Shown here: one piece after another, positions 62,570 to 64,000 of the stretch
How the letters are laid out: every line of letters starts with the position of its first letter
Position numbering within the stretch: the stretch's first letter is position 1
Assembly: GCF_964188315.1 (NCBI RefSeq)
Contig: NC_135655.1
Span: forward strand, 81,654,001-81,718,000
Length of the DNA stretch: 64,000 nucleotides
From: Podarcis muralis
Lineage: Eukaryota
Reading direction: 5' to 3'
Notes under the pieces: model-generated
Told to the model about the DNA's origin: nothing
What the model saw: the letters and a program-made list of their open reading frames with translations, nothing else
The model's database searches: none
Made by a program: the position numbers and the translations under genes

Positions 62570-62712
62570 CTTAGCCTGCAGGCTGTGGTCAATGAAGGAG
62601 GCCATTGGGTATTTCTTACTCATCATCATTTGAACATTGATGGGAGCTAAGCCTGGGCGGTAGAATTTTGCCTTCTTTGTGTCTTTCACTAGAAACATTT
62701 CCTTCCACTTGG
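62570..62712 (-). CDS. SERPING1: SERPING1 antepenultimate exon (upstream exons outside the window)
   Basis: catcttttcag|(A)KWKEMFLVKDTKKAKFYRPGLAPINVQMMMSKKYPMASFIDHSLQAK|gtaatg, 143 nt. Confidence 0.93.
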
Positions 62713-62949
62713 CTGAAAAGATGAAGAGCTTGGATCAGCTTATTGAGGCATAAACACCAGAAGAGCTCTGCTTGAATCCAACTAAAAAGTACACATTACA
62801 CATTGGCCAACCATAGGCCTCCAGGAAGCCTCACAAGCACGACATAAAGGCATTAGGCCTAGTGGCTATCACCACCACCATCACCACCATTTATATGCTG
62901 CTTTTCCCCAGACTGAGGTTTACAGTTAAAACTACAAAAACACAAATAT

Positions 62950-63100
62950 TCCATCCCCATGTCTTGTGGCAGTGAGTTCCACAGTTTAACTATGTGCTGT
63001 ATGAAGAAATACATCCTTTTGTCTTTCCCGAGTCTCCTGCTAAGAAGTTTTGTTGGATGACCACATGTCTAGTATCATGAGAATCCACCCTATCATCAGG
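62950..63100 (-). mobile_element. Old CR1 fragment in a SERPING1 intron
   Basis: GTGGCAGTGAGTTCCACAGTTTAACTATGTGCTGTATGAAGAA, antisense to the CR1 FFTQHIVKLWNSLP region. Confidence 0.6.
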
Positions 63101-63370
63101 TTGCAGAGTAAGTTATGCATTTTTGACACCATACCTCATATTTAATTAACCCACAATCTAAACTTGCACCTGTAAGGGTAATGCTAAAGAAAGTCCCTGA
63201 ACTTTCCTACTCACTCCTCTTTATGCGTTTCACAACCTGGCATTGATGAAGCACAGTTCTGTCCCTACTAGAGTCACAGCTTGCCTGTCCCAGCCAAATA
63301 CTGGCTGCTTCCAGAATGGATTTGTGCTCTCCAAGCACCATAGTTCCTAACTGTTATGGAGCAGGGAGGA

Positions 63371-63500
63371 NNNNNNNNNNNNNNNNNNNNNNNNNNNNNN
63401 NNNNNNNNNNNNNNNNNNNNNNNNNNNNNNNNNNNNNNNNNNNNNNNNNNNNNNNNNNNNNNNNNNNNNNNNNNNNNNNNNNNNNNNNNNNNNNNNNNNN
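63371..63500. other. Assembly gap (130 N)
   Basis: Run of N. Confidence 1.
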
Positions 63501-64000
63501 TTTGGGTATACATACAATGAGGATTCTGGCTGCAGGAGTGTCAAGAGCCCAGCATGTCTACATCCTTTGTGGAAGGCCAACCATAGCGTGGGATAAGGGC
63601 GGATAAGCCATTTGCCCTGCATCAACCATCATATTCCTGTTGCTGGCTTCATTGCCTTCCACTTGTGGGGAGCCCTCTCTACCAGTGCAGGCTCCCTGTG
63701 CAGTTTAGAATCCTAGAGGATGGGGGCTATCCCATCAGTCCCATCAGTCACACTTGTATTGCGTGTGGGCTTTGTATTTCTATATCATATATATCGATTT
63801 TTGTTGAGACAAGTCAACCGATGGGAGGTCTCTTGAAATTTAAAGTGATATAAAAGCTCAATAATGGTGGAACCTCGAGACATGCCATGGTGTGGGGAAA
63901 TAGGGGCTAACTGGAATCTGCCTGGGGACCAGTGTTTCAGGAATTGAGTGCCAAAGGGTAGGGAAGCCAAACTGGCTTTGGGTGAGCAGTCTCTCTGGAT

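Overview
Squamate reptile genomic DNA, probably a lacertid lizard (inferred from Sauria SINE, Bov-B, CR1 and hAT/Tc1 MITE content). It is syntenic with human 11q12.1 in reverse orientation. Known genes, left to right: a CpG-island 5' end (probably ZDHHC5, by synteny only), CLP1 (-, complete 425-aa CDS), YPEL4 (+, complete 127-aa CDS with an in-frame ACG-initiated Cys-rich 35-codon extension), miR-130a (-) with a likely host promoter about 9 kb upstream, and the last three coding exons of SERPING1 (-). Main discovery: between miR-130a and SERPING1, where I know of no human coding gene, five short + strand exons (47223-47232, 50119-50285, 51816-51899, 53668-53829, 55056-55199) have canonical GT-AG sites and intron phases 1-0-0-0. 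They splice into an open 188-aa ORF with a signal peptide, four amphipathic helices and 10 mature Cys. A TATA box lies upstream, a canonical NF-kB site sits in intron 1, and the 3'UTR is AU-rich. This looks like an unassigned secreted long-chain four-helix cytokine (IL-6/IL-11/CNTF/IL-12 class). The ORF track shows only fragments of it. Family assignment rests on motif and exon-structure comparison from memory, not on database searches.
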